Shown here: piece after piece, positions 41,935 to 51,912 of the stretch | Layout: each line of letters begins with the position of its first letter | How positions within the stretch are numbered: the first letter of the stretch is position 1 | NCBI GenBank assembly: GCA_021796455.1 | Contig: JAKACA010000001.1 | Location: forward strand, 8,110 to 72,109 | Length of the DNA: 64,000 nt | From: Actinomycetes bacterium | Lineage (GTDB): Bacteria > Actinomycetota > Acidimicrobiia > Acidimicrobiales > Bog-793 | Direction of reading: 5' to 3' | The notes under the pieces: model-generated | Seen by the model: the letters and a program-made list of their open reading frames with translations, nothing else | Told to the model about the DNA's origin: nothing | Database searches by the model: none | Translations under genes and position numbers: made by a program

Positions 41935-44090
41935 AGGCGTCGAAGTCTCGGACTCCTCTCCATCTGCTGGCCGCGGCGCGCGGAGTTGCAGTGTCATACA
42001 CCGACGGTCTCGGGAGGCAAAGGACGGTATCTCCCGAGACGCTCGTCGCGGTACTTTCGGCTCTTGGCGAGCCGATCGAGCGGCCTGCCGACGCCGAGCA
42101 ATGTCTCGCCCGTCGAGCTGGCTCGCCCGCCGTGCTGCCGAGCGCGACTGTCGCCTGGGACGGCCGCCTGGACGCGACGGTCCGGAGCCGCCTACGCGAG
42201 GTTGCCACCGGGCGTGCTCAAGCCCCCAGCCTCGAGCTGGAGAATGGCTTGGACGCGACGGGACTTCTCTCCAGCGATTCGGGGCGGCAGGAGCGATCGC
42301 TGCCCTACGGGGTCCATCACGCACGTGTCGGGGAGGTTGTGATGTTCGTGATATCGGCGCCGTCGCGCCCGAGGCCTCTCGAGCCGGCCTCCTGGGGCGT
42401 CTTCGCACCCACATATTCCCTCTGGGAGCAGAGCCTTGACCACGTCGGCGATCTGAGCTGTCTCTCACGCCTCGGCAAGTTCGCCGGCGGACTGGGCGCC
42501 AGCTATATGTCGACCCTGCCGCTTCTTGCCGCCCCTTTCGGCGTCGACTCCTCGGAGTCCGCCAGCAGTCCGTACTCTCCCTTGTCACGCATGTGGTGGA
42601 ACGAGGCTTATCTCGACGTTTCGGGCTACGGGCTGCCCGGCTCCGGGGCCGGCTGTGCGAGCACGGCTGTCGCGCCCCCCACAGCTCGGAGCTCGAAGGC
42701 GGGCGGGAGATCGGCACCGGGGTCGGCACGGGGATCGACTAGAGGTGCCAGGGTACATGCCGACCTGCCTGGCGCGGCCGCCCGGGTGCAGCGGGCCATC
42801 GAGCGGCTGCTCGCGACGGCGCATCCGGCAGATGGTCCCAGGAAGGCGGAGTTCGAGGAGTTCCTGCGGGACCGCCCCGACGTGTCCCGCTACGGGGCAT
42901 TTCGCGCGGCAGTGGCCGAGAGGGGACTTGACCGCGACCGCTGGCCAAGAAAGTGGGCGGCGGGACGCATCGAGCCCGGCCGAGACGTCGCACCGAGTGA
43001 GGTGGACCTCCATGTGTGCGCGCAGTGGCTGACGGACTCCCAGATCGCACGGGCGGCGACATCGATGGCGTCGACCGGCTGCCGACTCATGCTCGACTTG
43101 CCGATCGGCTGCCGTCCCGACGGCTACGACACCTGGGCATACCCATCTTCCTTCGCAGGGAGCTCAGGGGGGAGTCGAGGTGCCGGGACCGTTACCGTCG
43201 GCGCCCCCCCGGACCGCTTTTTCAGCGAGGGGCAGGAGTGGGGTTTTCTCCCCCTTGACCCCGAGGCCGAGCGCCGGGCGGGCTACCCCGTCGTGCGCGC
43301 TTCATTGCGGCATTTGCTCAGGCATGCCGGGGCGGTGCGAATAGACCATGTCCTCGGCTTCCAGCGGCTCTGGTGGATTCCCGCGGGTCTCAGAGCCTGT
43401 GAGGGGACCTATGTGAGCTACCAGACTGACGAGATGATCGCGTTGGCCTGTCTCGAGGCCTGGCGCCGGGACGCGGCGCTAATCGGTGAGGACCTCGGTA
43501 CCGTCGACCCGTCCTTGCGCCGCACGATCGACGACCATGGCATTGCCGGAATGAGCGTCGCGATCTTCGACCTGGAGGAGAGCCCTGGGACGCCTTTGCT
43601 CCCGCGGGCAGGTTCGTGTGCTCTCGTCGACACTCACGACACCGCGACCTTCGCCGGGTTTCTCGAGGGAGATGACATACGCGAGCGTGTCGAGCTCGGG
43701 CTCCTCGACGAGGATGCGGCTGCGTCCGCGTTGCACGAGCGCGCATTGGCACGGCGAACGATCTCGGCCCGTCTCGGCGGCTCCGGTCCCGAGGGCGACG
43801 ATCCCGAGGTGCTGCACTCAGCCGTCCTCGAAGAGCTGGGACAGTCCGAGGCCGCTCTCGTGATCGTCGCGTTAGAAGATCTCCTCGGTGAGCGCGAGCC
43901 CCAGAACGTACCGGGGACGGTGGACGGGCGCGCGAACTTCTCCCGCCTCATGGCCGAGCCGCTCGAGGTGATAGAGACCCGAACTGCCGTGCTCGAGCCG
44001 CTCTGGCGCCTGGACAGAGCGCGTCGAGCTGCCCGAAGCCGCGCGGTAGAGTCCGTCGGAGGGGCCGACACGGAGAAGGTGGCCAGGTGA
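41931..44090 (+). CDS. malQ: 4-alpha-glucanotransferase (amylomaltase, GH77)
   Basis: [23 protein letters not shown]-terminus, [28 protein letters not shown] and [15 protein letters not shown]. The TTG start overlaps the treS-pep2 stop (TTGA). Confidence 0.88.
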
Positions 44091-46051
44091 CGACACCGGC
44101 GCAGGAGGGAGGATCTTCGGCGCGGGCCGGTTCGCTCGTCGACTGCGATGCCCTCTACCTGTTCAACGAGGGTCGCCAGTTCCAGCTCTATGACCATCTG
44201 GGTGGCCACGTTATTGCCGGTGGGGCTCGCTTCTCGGTCTGGGCACCGAATGCCGAGTCGGTGTCTGTGGTGCACGACGGGAACGGCTGGACGGCAGGAG
44301 TCGATGTCCTTCACCCGCAAGGCAGCTCCGGCGTATGGGCCGGCGACGTGCCCGGAATGCAAGTCGGGATGACCTACAAGTACGCCATCGCAGCGCGCGG
44401 CGCTTTTTCGCGGGACAAAGCCGATCCTCTCGCCTTTGGAGCCGAGATCCCGCCGCGCAGTGCCTCGGTGCTCACGGACCTGAGCTACGAGTGGGCTGAC
44501 CGGCAATGGATGACGGCGCGCGCCGAGCTGGACGTCGCTGGCGCACCTGTGTCGATCTACGAGGTCCACCTGGGATCGTGGCGACGTAACCGCGACGGCG
44601 CCTTCCTCACCTACCTGGAGCTTGCGGAGCCGCTGGCCGAGCACGTGATCCAGCATGGGTTCACCCATGTCGAGCTGCTTCCGGTAATGGAGCACCCGTA
44701 TTACGGATCGTGGGGCTACCAGACGAGCAGCTACTTCGCTCCAACCGCGCGCTTCGGCCATCCAACTGGCCTCATGGGGTTGATAGACCACCTCCACCAG
44801 CGCGGGATAGGCGTCATTCTTGACTGGGTGCCCTCCCACTTTGCCACGGACGCCTTCGCTCTTGGCGAGTTCGACGGGACACACCTGTACGAGCACGAGG
44901 ATCCACGGCTCCGTATCCACCCTGACTGGGGCAGCTACGAGTTCAATTACTCGCGTCACGAGGTCCGGTCCTTCCTCGTCTCGAGCGCGTGGTTCTGGCT
45001 GGACCGCTATCACGCGGATGGGCTGAGAGTCGATGCAGTCGCGTCCATGCTCTATCTCGACTACTCACGTGCCGAGGGCGAGTGGGTCGCCAACCGCTAC
45101 GGCGGGCGCGAGAACTTCGACGCAGTCTCCTTCATCCAGGTCTGCAACGAGTCATGCCGGGAGAGGTTCCCTGGTGCGGTGATGATCGCAGAGGAGTCGA
45201 CGTCCTGGCCGGGGGTGTCCATGGAGACAGCAACCGGTGGCCTCGGCTACTCGATGAAGTGGGACATGGGGTGGATGCACGACACCTTGAAGCATCTCGA
45301 GCGGGATCCTGTCCACCGCAAGTACCACTATGACGAGCTCACCTTCAGGGGTCTGTACGCGTTCAGCGAGCACTTCGTGCTGCCGCTGTCCCATGACGAG
45401 GTAGTCCACGGCAAGGGCTCGCTCGCGACCAAGATGCCTGGCGATGACTGGCAGAGACGAGCCAACCTCCGGCTTCTCTTTGCGCTTCAGTGGCTTGCGC
45501 CGGGCAAGAAGCTCCTCTTCATGGGCGACGAGCTCGCGACCTGGAGGGAGTGGAGCCATGAGGGCGAGCTCGAATGGAGCCTGCTCGACCATCCCGATCA
45601 CGCGGCCATCGCTCATCTTGTAGCTGACCTCAACCACCTCTATCGCGAGCTTGAAGCTCTGCACGGAGACTTCGAGCCGACTGGGTTTCGCTGGATCATC
45701 GCCGACGACCGCGCCAACGACGTTCTGGCATGGTGCCGCTCGGCTCCCGAGACCGGCTCACAGCCCGCCCGCGATGCGGTGGCAGTGTTCAACTTGACTC
45801 CGGTGGTACGCGAGCAGTACCGCATCGGGGTTCCGCGAGCGGGCAGTTGGCTGGAGCTCTGCAACACGGACGCGATCGAGTACGGCGGAAGTGGAAGCGG
45901 CAACCCGGGCGGGACCGAGGCCGAGCCCCTGCCCTTCCACGGGTACCCCCAGAGCATCGAGCTGAGGCTGCCACCCCTGGGGGCCATCCTGCTCGGACAA
46001 GAGACAGTGGCGGGGCCGAGCAGCCCGCGCTGGCCGGATCAGTGGCGATAA
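44087..46051 (+). CDS. glgB: 1,4-alpha-glucan branching enzyme
   Basis: ILDWVPSHF, DGLRVDAVASMLY, VMIAEESTSW and LPLSHDEVVHGKGS. GTGA overlap with malQ. 654 aa. Confidence 0.93.
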   Translation: MTTPAQEGGSSARAGSLVDCDALYLFNEGRQFQLYDHLGGHVIAGGARFSVWAPNAESVSVVHDGNGWTAGVDVLHPQGSSGVWAGDVPGMQVGMTYKYAIAARGAFSRDKADPLAFGAEIPPRSASVLTDLSYEWADRQWMTARAELDVAGAPVSIYEVHLGSWRRNRDGAFLTYLELAEPLAEHVIQHGFTHVELLPVMEHPYYGSWGYQTSSYFAPTARFGHPTGLMGLIDHLHQRGIGVILDWVPSHFATDAFALGEFDGTHLYEHEDPRLRIHPDWGSYEFNYSRHEVRSFLVSSAWFWLDRYHADGLRVDAVASMLYLDYSRAEGEWVANRYGGRENFDAVSFIQVCNESCRERFPGAVMIAEESTSWPGVSMETATGGLGYSMKWDMGWMHDTLKHLERDPVHRKYHYDELTFRGLYAFSEHFVLPLSHDEVVHGKGSLATKMPGDDWQRRANLRLLFALQWLAPGKKLLFMGDELATWREWSHEGELEWSLLDHPDHAAIAHLVADLNHLYRELEALHGDFEPTGFRWIIADDRANDVLAWCRSAPETGSQPARDAVAVFNLTPVVREQYRIGVPRAGSWLELCNTDAIEYGGSGSGNPGGTEAEPLPFHGYPQSIELRLPPLGAILLGQETVAGPSSPRWPDQWR

Positions 46052-48219
46052 GGACCTGGACCGCCCAAGGGGAGCGGTCTGTGGGCGAGCAGCACGACCG
46101 AGCGTGCCCCGACGCGCAGGTGGTCGCCCGCGCCGAGCGGTGAGCTCGATCCAGGCTCGGAGAAGAACGGATCGCTGTCACGAGAGGTGTCGATCACCGG
46201 GATCCATGACTCGGCGAAGCGGCCGTCGGGCACAATGAATTCCAGGCTTCCCCAGAACGCGTTGAGGACCAGGAAGAAGCTATCGGACGGCCCCCCCCCA
46301 CGATCTCGCTCGTCGCCGTGCGGGCTGCTCACGTCGGCTCCGCCGCCGTTGAGGAAGACCCCGACGCAGCGGGCGAAGCTCACGTTCCAGTCGGCTTCCG
46401 ACATCTCCTCGCCGCTCGGAGAGAACCAGGCGATATCGCTCGCGCCGGCGCCGTGCAGCGGCTTGCCCTGGAACCACCGGCGCCGCCGGAACACCGGGTG
46501 GCGGTGGCGCAGGGCGGCGACTCGCCGCACGAAGTCGAGAAGATCCCGATCGCCGTGGCTCCAGTCGATCCAGGAGATCTCGTTGTCCTGACAGTAAGCG
46601 TTGTTGTTGCCGGACTGGGTGCGGCCGATCTCGTCTCCGGCAAGGATCATGGGTACGCCCTGAGACAACAGCAGTGTCACGTAAAAGTTGCGCTGCTGGC
46701 GCCGGCGGATCGTGCGCACCTCGGCATCTTCGCTGGGACCCTCGACTCCACAGTTCCAGGAGCGGTTGTCGTCGGTGCCGTCACGGTTGTCCTCGAGGTT
46801 GGCCTCATTGTGCTTCTGCTCGTAGCTGACGAGATCTGCGAGGGTGAAGCCGTCGTGGCAGGTGACGAAGTTGATGCTGGCCCAGGGCTTCCGACCGGTG
46901 TGCTCGTAGAGGTCAGAGCTGCCCGTCAGGCGGGACGCGAGCTCGGGAAGCTTCTGGTCCCGGCCTCGCCAGTAGTCGCGGACGCAGTCTCGGTACTTGC
47001 CATTCCATTCCGACCACAACGACGGAAAGTTGCCTACCTGGTACCCGCCTTCACCTACGTCCCACGGCTCGGCGATGAGCTTCACCTGGCTGATCACCGG
47101 ATCTTGCTGAATGATGTCGAAGAAGGCGGAGAGGCGGTCCACCTCGTGAAGCGTCCGTGCGAGCGTGGCCGCGAGGTCGAAGCGGAATCCGTCGACGTGC
47201 ATCTCTGTCACCCAGTAGCGCAAGCTGTCCATCAGCAGCTGCAAGACGTGGGGGTGCCGAACATTTAGCGTATTGCCCGTGCCGGTGTAGTCGACATAGC
47301 GGCGGAGGTCGTGTGGATCCAACCGGTAGTAGGCCGGGTTGTCGATGCCCTTGAACGACAGGGTGGGGCCGGAGTGATTTCCCTCTGCAGTGTGGTTGTA
47401 GACGACGTCGAGGAGCACTTCGATCCCCGCAGAGTGCATGGTCTTCACGAGCTGCTTGAACTCCTGGACCTGCTGGCCCAGCTCCCCTGCCGCGGAGTAC
47501 TCGTTGTGCGGAGCGAGATAGCAGATCGAGTTGTAACCCCAGTAGTTGCGCAGCCCCCGCTCGACGAGATGGGCGTCGTGGACGAACTGGTGAACGGGTT
47601 GCAGCTCCACCGCTGTCACGCCGAGCGAGAGGAGGTGCTCGAGAACTGCCCCGGTGGAAAGCCCCGCGTAGGTGCCGCGGATCTGTGGAGGTACTGCCGG
47701 GTGCAATGCAGTGAAACCCTTCACGTGCAACTCATAGACCACTGTCTTGTACCAGGGGGTCTCCGGCGGGCGGTCGTTGCCCCAGTCAAAGTACGGGCTG
47801 ATCACGACGTTCTTCGGCATCGAGGCGGCACTGTCGGCTCGACTGATTCGCATCTCGTCCGCGTGCTGGTGCCCATAGAGCGAGCGGTTCCATTTCACGC
47901 CGCCTTCGACAGCTTTGCCGTAAGGATCGAGGAGAAGCTTGCCGGAGTTGCACCGCTGGCCCTGCGCGGGCCGCCACGGGCCGTGCACCCTGAAGCCGTA
48001 GCGCTGACCCGGACCGACGCCCGCCATATATCCGTGGCGCACGTGAGCGGTCTCCTCGGGGAGGAGGAACCGGGTCTCCCGCCCCCACTCGTCGAACAGG
48101 CATACCTCCACCTGCTCGGCGAGCCCGGAGAACACAGAGAAGTTCGTGCCGATACCGTCGTAAGTCGCGCCGAGAGGGTACGGGCGACCGCCGGACAGCT
48201 CGACTCGCTGCCTTTGCAT
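46039..48219 (-). CDS. glgX: glycogen debranching enzyme
   Basis: YWGYNS, DGFRFDLA, LIAEPWD and NFVTCHDGFTL. 726 aa. Its 3' end overlaps the glgB 3' end by 13 nt. Confidence 0.93.
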   Translation of the reverse strand: MQRQRVELSGGRPYPLGATYDGIGTNFSVFSGLAEQVEVCLFDEWGRETRFLLPEETAHVRHGYMAGVGPGQRYGFRVHGPWRPAQGQRCNSGKLLLDPYGKAVEGGVKWNRSLYGHQHADEMRISRADSAASMPKNVVISPYFDWGNDRPPETPWYKTVVYELHVKGFTALHPAVPPQIRGTYAGLSTGAVLEHLLSLGVTAVELQPVHQFVHDAHLVERGLRNYWGYNSICYLAPHNEYSAAGELGQQVQEFKQLVKTMHSAGIEVLLDVVYNHTAEGNHSGPTLSFKGIDNPAYYRLDPHDLRRYVDYTGTGNTLNVRHPHVLQLLMDSLRYWVTEMHVDGFRFDLAATLARTLHEVDRLSAFFDIIQQDPVISQVKLIAEPWDVGEGGYQVGNFPSLWSEWNGKYRDCVRDYWRGRDQKLPELASRLTGSSDLYEHTGRKPWASINFVTCHDGFTLADLVSYEQKHNEANLEDNRDGTDDNRSWNCGVEGPSEDAEVRTIRRRQQRNFYVTLLLSQGVPMILAGDEIGRTQSGNNNAYCQDNEISWIDWSHGDRDLLDFVRRVAALRHRHPVFRRRRWFQGKPLHGAGASDIAWFSPSGEEMSEADWNVSFARCVGVFLNGGGADVSSPHGDERDRGGGPSDSFFLVLNAFWGSLEFIVPDGRFAESWIPVIDTSRDSDPFFSEPGSSSPLGAGDHLRVGARSVVLLAHRPLPLGGPGPYRH

Positions 48220-48265
48220 CGGGTCAGACTAGTTCGACCGGCGAAAAGCGCCGTAGGGTATCCTC

Positions 48266-50593
48266 GTGACCGCTTCCTTTTCCGTACCTCGAAGCTGCGC
48301 CCAAAGCGACGCCGATCTGCTCAGAACCCCGCTGGAAGAGCTCATGGGCGAGGCGAGGCGCATTCGTGACGCCGCGTACGGCACGAGAGTGACCTTCTCA
48401 CCGAAGGTTTTCATCCCGCTCACCATGCTCTGCCGCGACCGTTGCGGGTACTGCACTTTCTCCAAGCCTCCGGCCAGGATATCTGCTCCCTACCTCGATC
48501 TGGAGGCGGTTCTCGCCCTCGCGCGCGACGCCGCGGCGGCGGGCTGCCACGAGGCCCTTTTCACCCTAGGGGAGAGACCCGAGGACCGCTATCCGGCGGC
48601 GGGCAGCTGGCTGCAGGCCGCGGGCTTCTCCTCCACGATCGAATACCTCGCGGAAGCCGCCCGGATCGTGCGCGACGAGACGGGCCTGCTCCCCCACACG
48701 AACGCGGGTGCCCTGTCCGAGTCGGAGCTCGCGATGCTGCGGCCGGTGACCGCGAGCCAGGGGATGATGGTCGAGTCCCTGAACCCGCACCTGGCCTGCC
48801 ACCGGGGCTCGCCCGACAAGACGCCGCAGCGGCGACTGGCGACCTTGGAGGCAGCCGGCCGGCTGCGTATACCCTTCACAACGGGGATCCTCGTCGGGAT
48901 CGGAGATTCGCGCGAGGACCGCATCATGGCCCTGCGGGCTATCGCCGACTTGCACCAGACCTACGGCCACGTGCAAGAGGTGATAGTGCAGAACTTCCTG
49001 CCGAAAGCCGGCACTGCTATGCACCTCAGCGCGCCCTGTCCGTCCGACGAGCACCTCTGGGCCGTCGCCGTGGCACGGATCCTCCTCCCGCCGGAGGTCC
49101 ACATCCAGGCGCCACCCAACCTGACAGAAGACTTCTCTGCTCTCCTTGCGGCCGGTATCGATGATTGGGGGGGTGTCTCACCAGTTACGGCTGATCACGT
49201 CAATCCCGAGCGGGCCTGGCCGACGCTTCAGAGCCTGGAGGCGGTGACGAACGAGCACGGTCACGAGCTCGCCCCTCGACTTGCGCTGCATCCGAGGTGG
49301 GCGGGTGAGCCAGTGAAGTGGCTCGACGAGTCCATGCGGTTCAGCGTTCTCGACCGCTCCGACGCCGAGGGCCTTGCGCGCGACTGCGACTGGTCCGCGG
49401 GAGCAGATGCACCGCCACCCATGCTTCTCGGCTATTCGGCGCTCGTCATCTCGCGCGGCCGGCCCGCGGGCCGGCGACGGTCTCCTGTCGCAGCGGTGCT
49501 CGCGGGCGTGCTGTCCGGCGACGAGGTGGGCGAGGAGGAGATCGTCACGCTCTTCTCTGCCCGTGGCAGTGAGGTGCGCTCTGTCGCCGAGGTCGCCGAT
49601 CAGCTCCGGCGCGAGGCGGTGGGCGACGTAGTCACATTCGTTGCCAACCGAAATATCAACTACACCAACGTGTGCACGTTCAAGTGCCGCTTCTGCGCCT
49701 TCTCGAAGGGGCCTCTCTCGCTCAACCTGCGGGGAGCGCCCTACTTGCTCGATCTCGCCGACATCACCGAGCGCGTCGCAGAGGCGGAGAGCCTCGGCGC
49801 GACCGAAGTCTGCCTGCAAGGTGGCATCCACCCGAGCTTCGACGGCAGCTACTACCTGGAGGTACTTGATGCGGTACGCGCCGCATCGGAGAAGATCCAC
49901 ATCCACGCCTTCACGGCGCTCGAGGTGCACGAGGGTGCCCGTCGCCTCGGCGAGGACGTCGAGAGCTACCTGCGCCGCCTGAAGGCCGCCGGACTGAAGA
50001 CCTTGCCCGGCACAGCTGCCGAGATACTCGACGACGAGATCCGGGCCGTGCTGTGCCCTGACAAGATCGGCACTGACCGATGGCTCGAGATTCACCGCAT
50101 CGCCCACGAAGTGGGTCTCTTCTCCAACGTGACGATCATGTTCGGTGCAGTCGAGTCTCCGGCATCATGGGCTCGCCACCTAGTGCGCACCCGAGACCTT
50201 CAGCTCGTGACCCACGGGTTCACAGAGTTCGTGCCCCTTCCTTTCGTTCATATGGCTGCCCCTCTCTACCTGCGGCGTCGGGCCCGCCGAGGGCCCACCT
50301 TCCGCGAGGCACTTCTCATGCACGCCGTGGGTCGCATCGCCTATCGAGGTGCCATCGACAACGTGCAGGCGAGCTGGGTGAAGATGGGAGTCGCTGGAGC
50401 GCGCCAGCTGTTGCAGGCCGGCTGCAACGACCTCGGTGGCACCCTCATAGACGAGAACATCTCGAGGGCGGCCGGGGCATCACACGGTCAGATGATGGAT
50501 CGGGAGGGTTTCTTGGACATCGTCGAACCACTCGGTCGTCCCCTGGAGCAGCGCACGACGTTGTACGGCCGCGTCGCGAGCGCGCAGGTCTGA
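48266..50593 (+). CDS. fbiC: bifunctional FO synthase (CofG/CofH fusion) for coenzyme F420 biosynthesis
   Basis: Two radical-SAM CxxxCxxC sites (CRDRCGYC and CTFKCRFC) in the two halves of a 775-aa protein. Confidence 0.92.
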   Translation: MTASFSVPRSCAQSDADLLRTPLEELMGEARRIRDAAYGTRVTFSPKVFIPLTMLCRDRCGYCTFSKPPARISAPYLDLEAVLALARDAAAAGCHEALFTLGERPEDRYPAAGSWLQAAGFSSTIEYLAEAARIVRDETGLLPHTNAGALSESELAMLRPVTASQGMMVESLNPHLACHRGSPDKTPQRRLATLEAAGRLRIPFTTGILVGIGDSREDRIMALRAIADLHQTYGHVQEVIVQNFLPKAGTAMHLSAPCPSDEHLWAVAVARILLPPEVHIQAPPNLTEDFSALLAAGIDDWGGVSPVTADHVNPERAWPTLQSLEAVTNEHGHELAPRLALHPRWAGEPVKWLDESMRFSVLDRSDAEGLARDCDWSAGADAPPPMLLGYSALVISRGRPAGRRRSPVAAVLAGVLSGDEVGEEEIVTLFSARGSEVRSVAEVADQLRREAVGDVVTFVANRNINYTNVCTFKCRFCAFSKGPLSLNLRGAPYLLDLADITERVAEAESLGATEVCLQGGIHPSFDGSYYLEVLDAVRAASEKIHIHAFTALEVHEGARRLGEDVESYLRRLKAAGLKTLPGTAAEILDDEIRAVLCPDKIGTDRWLEIHRIAHEVGLFSNVTIMFGAVESPASWARHLVRTRDLQLVTHGFTEFVPLPFVHMAAPLYLRRRARRGPTFREALLMHAVGRIAYRGAIDNVQASWVKMGVAGARQLLQAGCNDLGGTLIDENISRAAGASHGQMMDREGFLDIVEPLGRPLEQRTTLYGRVASAQV

Positions 50594-51636
50594 TGGGCTC
50601 GGTGTCGCCCGCCGGTGATTCCGAGCGTCTCGTCGGGGAGCTCCTCGATCAAGCCGGGGCACAGGGCAACAGGGATCTGCTGCGAGAGCTGCTCGAGGCC
50701 GCCCTCGAGCTGAGCGATGGGGTGCCAAGCCGCCTCGATCTCAAGATCGCGACGGCGGCTCTGGCGGAGATGGGGCGGGCCTTCCACCTCTTCGCCCCGT
50801 TTCGAGGCATTCCCAAGCTCACAATGTTCGGATCTGCGCGTACCCATGGATCGGATCCGCTCTACGCGCAGGCCAAGGAGCTCGCTTCGCGTCTTGCCTC
50901 GGAGGGCTGGCTCATAGTCACCGGAGCCGGCCCGGGAATAATGGCAGCCGGCCACGAAGGAGCCGGTCCCGAGATGTCGCTCGGGGTCGATATCCGGCTG
51001 CCGTTCGAATCGGTGTCTCACCCGGAGTTAGCGGCCGAGGGACGTCTCGTCGAGATGAAGTACTTCTTCACTCGCAAGCTGATGCTCATGAAAGAGTCGG
51101 CCGCGTTCGCGGTCCTGCCTGGCGGGTTCGGAACCCTTGACGAGTGCTTCGAGCTGCTCACCTTGCTACAAACGGGCAAGGCCGAGCCGGCTCCTATCGT
51201 CCTGCTCGATATCCCCGGTGAGCCCTACTGGGAGGCCTGGGAGGCCTTCGTAGGGGGTGAAGTCATACGTCGCGGCCTCGCGAGTACGACCGATTCCGCG
51301 TTCTACCGGATCACCGATGACGTAGAGGCGGCCGTGCAGGAGATACTCGGCTTCTACCGCAATTACCACTCACGACGCTTTGTCGGTCCTACCATGGTCG
51401 TACGCCTCCGGACGGCGCCGAGCCCGGCTGAGCTGGAGATGCTCAACGAGAGCTTCTCCGACGTCTGCTCGACGAAGGGGATCTGGATCACCGAGCCGCT
51501 CGGACCGGAGAGATCGGATCACGAGTACCTCGAGCTTCCGAGAATCGCTCTCGAGCTCGATCTCCGCCACCAGGGCCGATTGCGGGAGCTCATCGACACT
51601 CTCAATCGCTGTACGGGCAATGTCGGGGCCCTCTAG
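50593..51636 (+). CDS. LOG-family (TIGR00730-type, lysine-decarboxylase-like) protein, long form
   Basis: The ATG at 50593 overlaps the fbiC stop (TGATG). Motifs TGAGPGIMAAGHEGA and PGGFGTLDECFE. 347 aa, with N- and C-terminal extensions. The track's longer ORF (from 50080) overlaps fbiC and is rejected. Confidence 0.82.
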   Translation: MGSVSPAGDSERLVGELLDQAGAQGNRDLLRELLEAALELSDGVPSRLDLKIATAALAEMGRAFHLFAPFRGIPKLTMFGSARTHGSDPLYAQAKELASRLASEGWLIVTGAGPGIMAAGHEGAGPEMSLGVDIRLPFESVSHPELAAEGRLVEMKYFFTRKLMLMKESAAFAVLPGGFGTLDECFELLTLLQTGKAEPAPIVLLDIPGEPYWEAWEAFVGGEVIRRGLASTTDSAFYRITDDVEAAVQEILGFYRNYHSRRFVGPTMVVRLRTAPSPAELEMLNESFSDVCSTKGIWITEPLGPERSDHEYLELPRIALELDLRHQGRLRELIDTLNRCTGNVGAL

Positions 51637-51645
51637 GCAAGCGCT

Positions 51646-51897
51646 TCAGTCGCTCTCGCCGGCGGACGAGCCGTCACCGCCGCCGGCGGCAGCGGCCTGT
51701 TCGAGCAGCCGGGCCGCCTTGGCGACAGAGGACCGCGCGCGATTGACGAGGCGCTCCCGTTGGGTCGCGGCAGCTGCTGCAGAGGTGGAACCATCTCGCA
51801 GCGCGTCGCGCAGCAGGTCCATCGCGTGCTCAGCCAGTCGATCGTCGATCTGCTCAAGCTCCCCCGCCAGCTCACGGAGGCGATCAGTGACAGCCAC
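51646..51897 (-). CDS. small helical hypothetical protein
   Basis: 83 aa. GTG 51897 lies 4 nt after GGGGGA and 15 nt after the acyl-CoA ligase stop. Sequence MAVTDRLRELAGELEQIDDRLAEHAMDLLRDAL... is coiled-coil-like. No family recognised. Confidence 0.4.
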   Translation of the reverse strand: MAVTDRLRELAGELEQIDDRLAEHAMDLLRDALRDGSTSAAAAATQRERLVNRARSSVAKAARLLEQAAAAGGGDGSSAGESD

Positions 51898-51912
51898 TGT
51901 TCCCCCGAGCCC

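Noticed and set aside
50080-50592. 171-aa N-terminal extension of the LOG-family ORF
   Set aside because: It overlaps the 3' part of fbiC in another frame and is His/Arg/Pro/Ser-rich. ATG 50593 gives a clean TGATG coupling and a sensible N-terminus.
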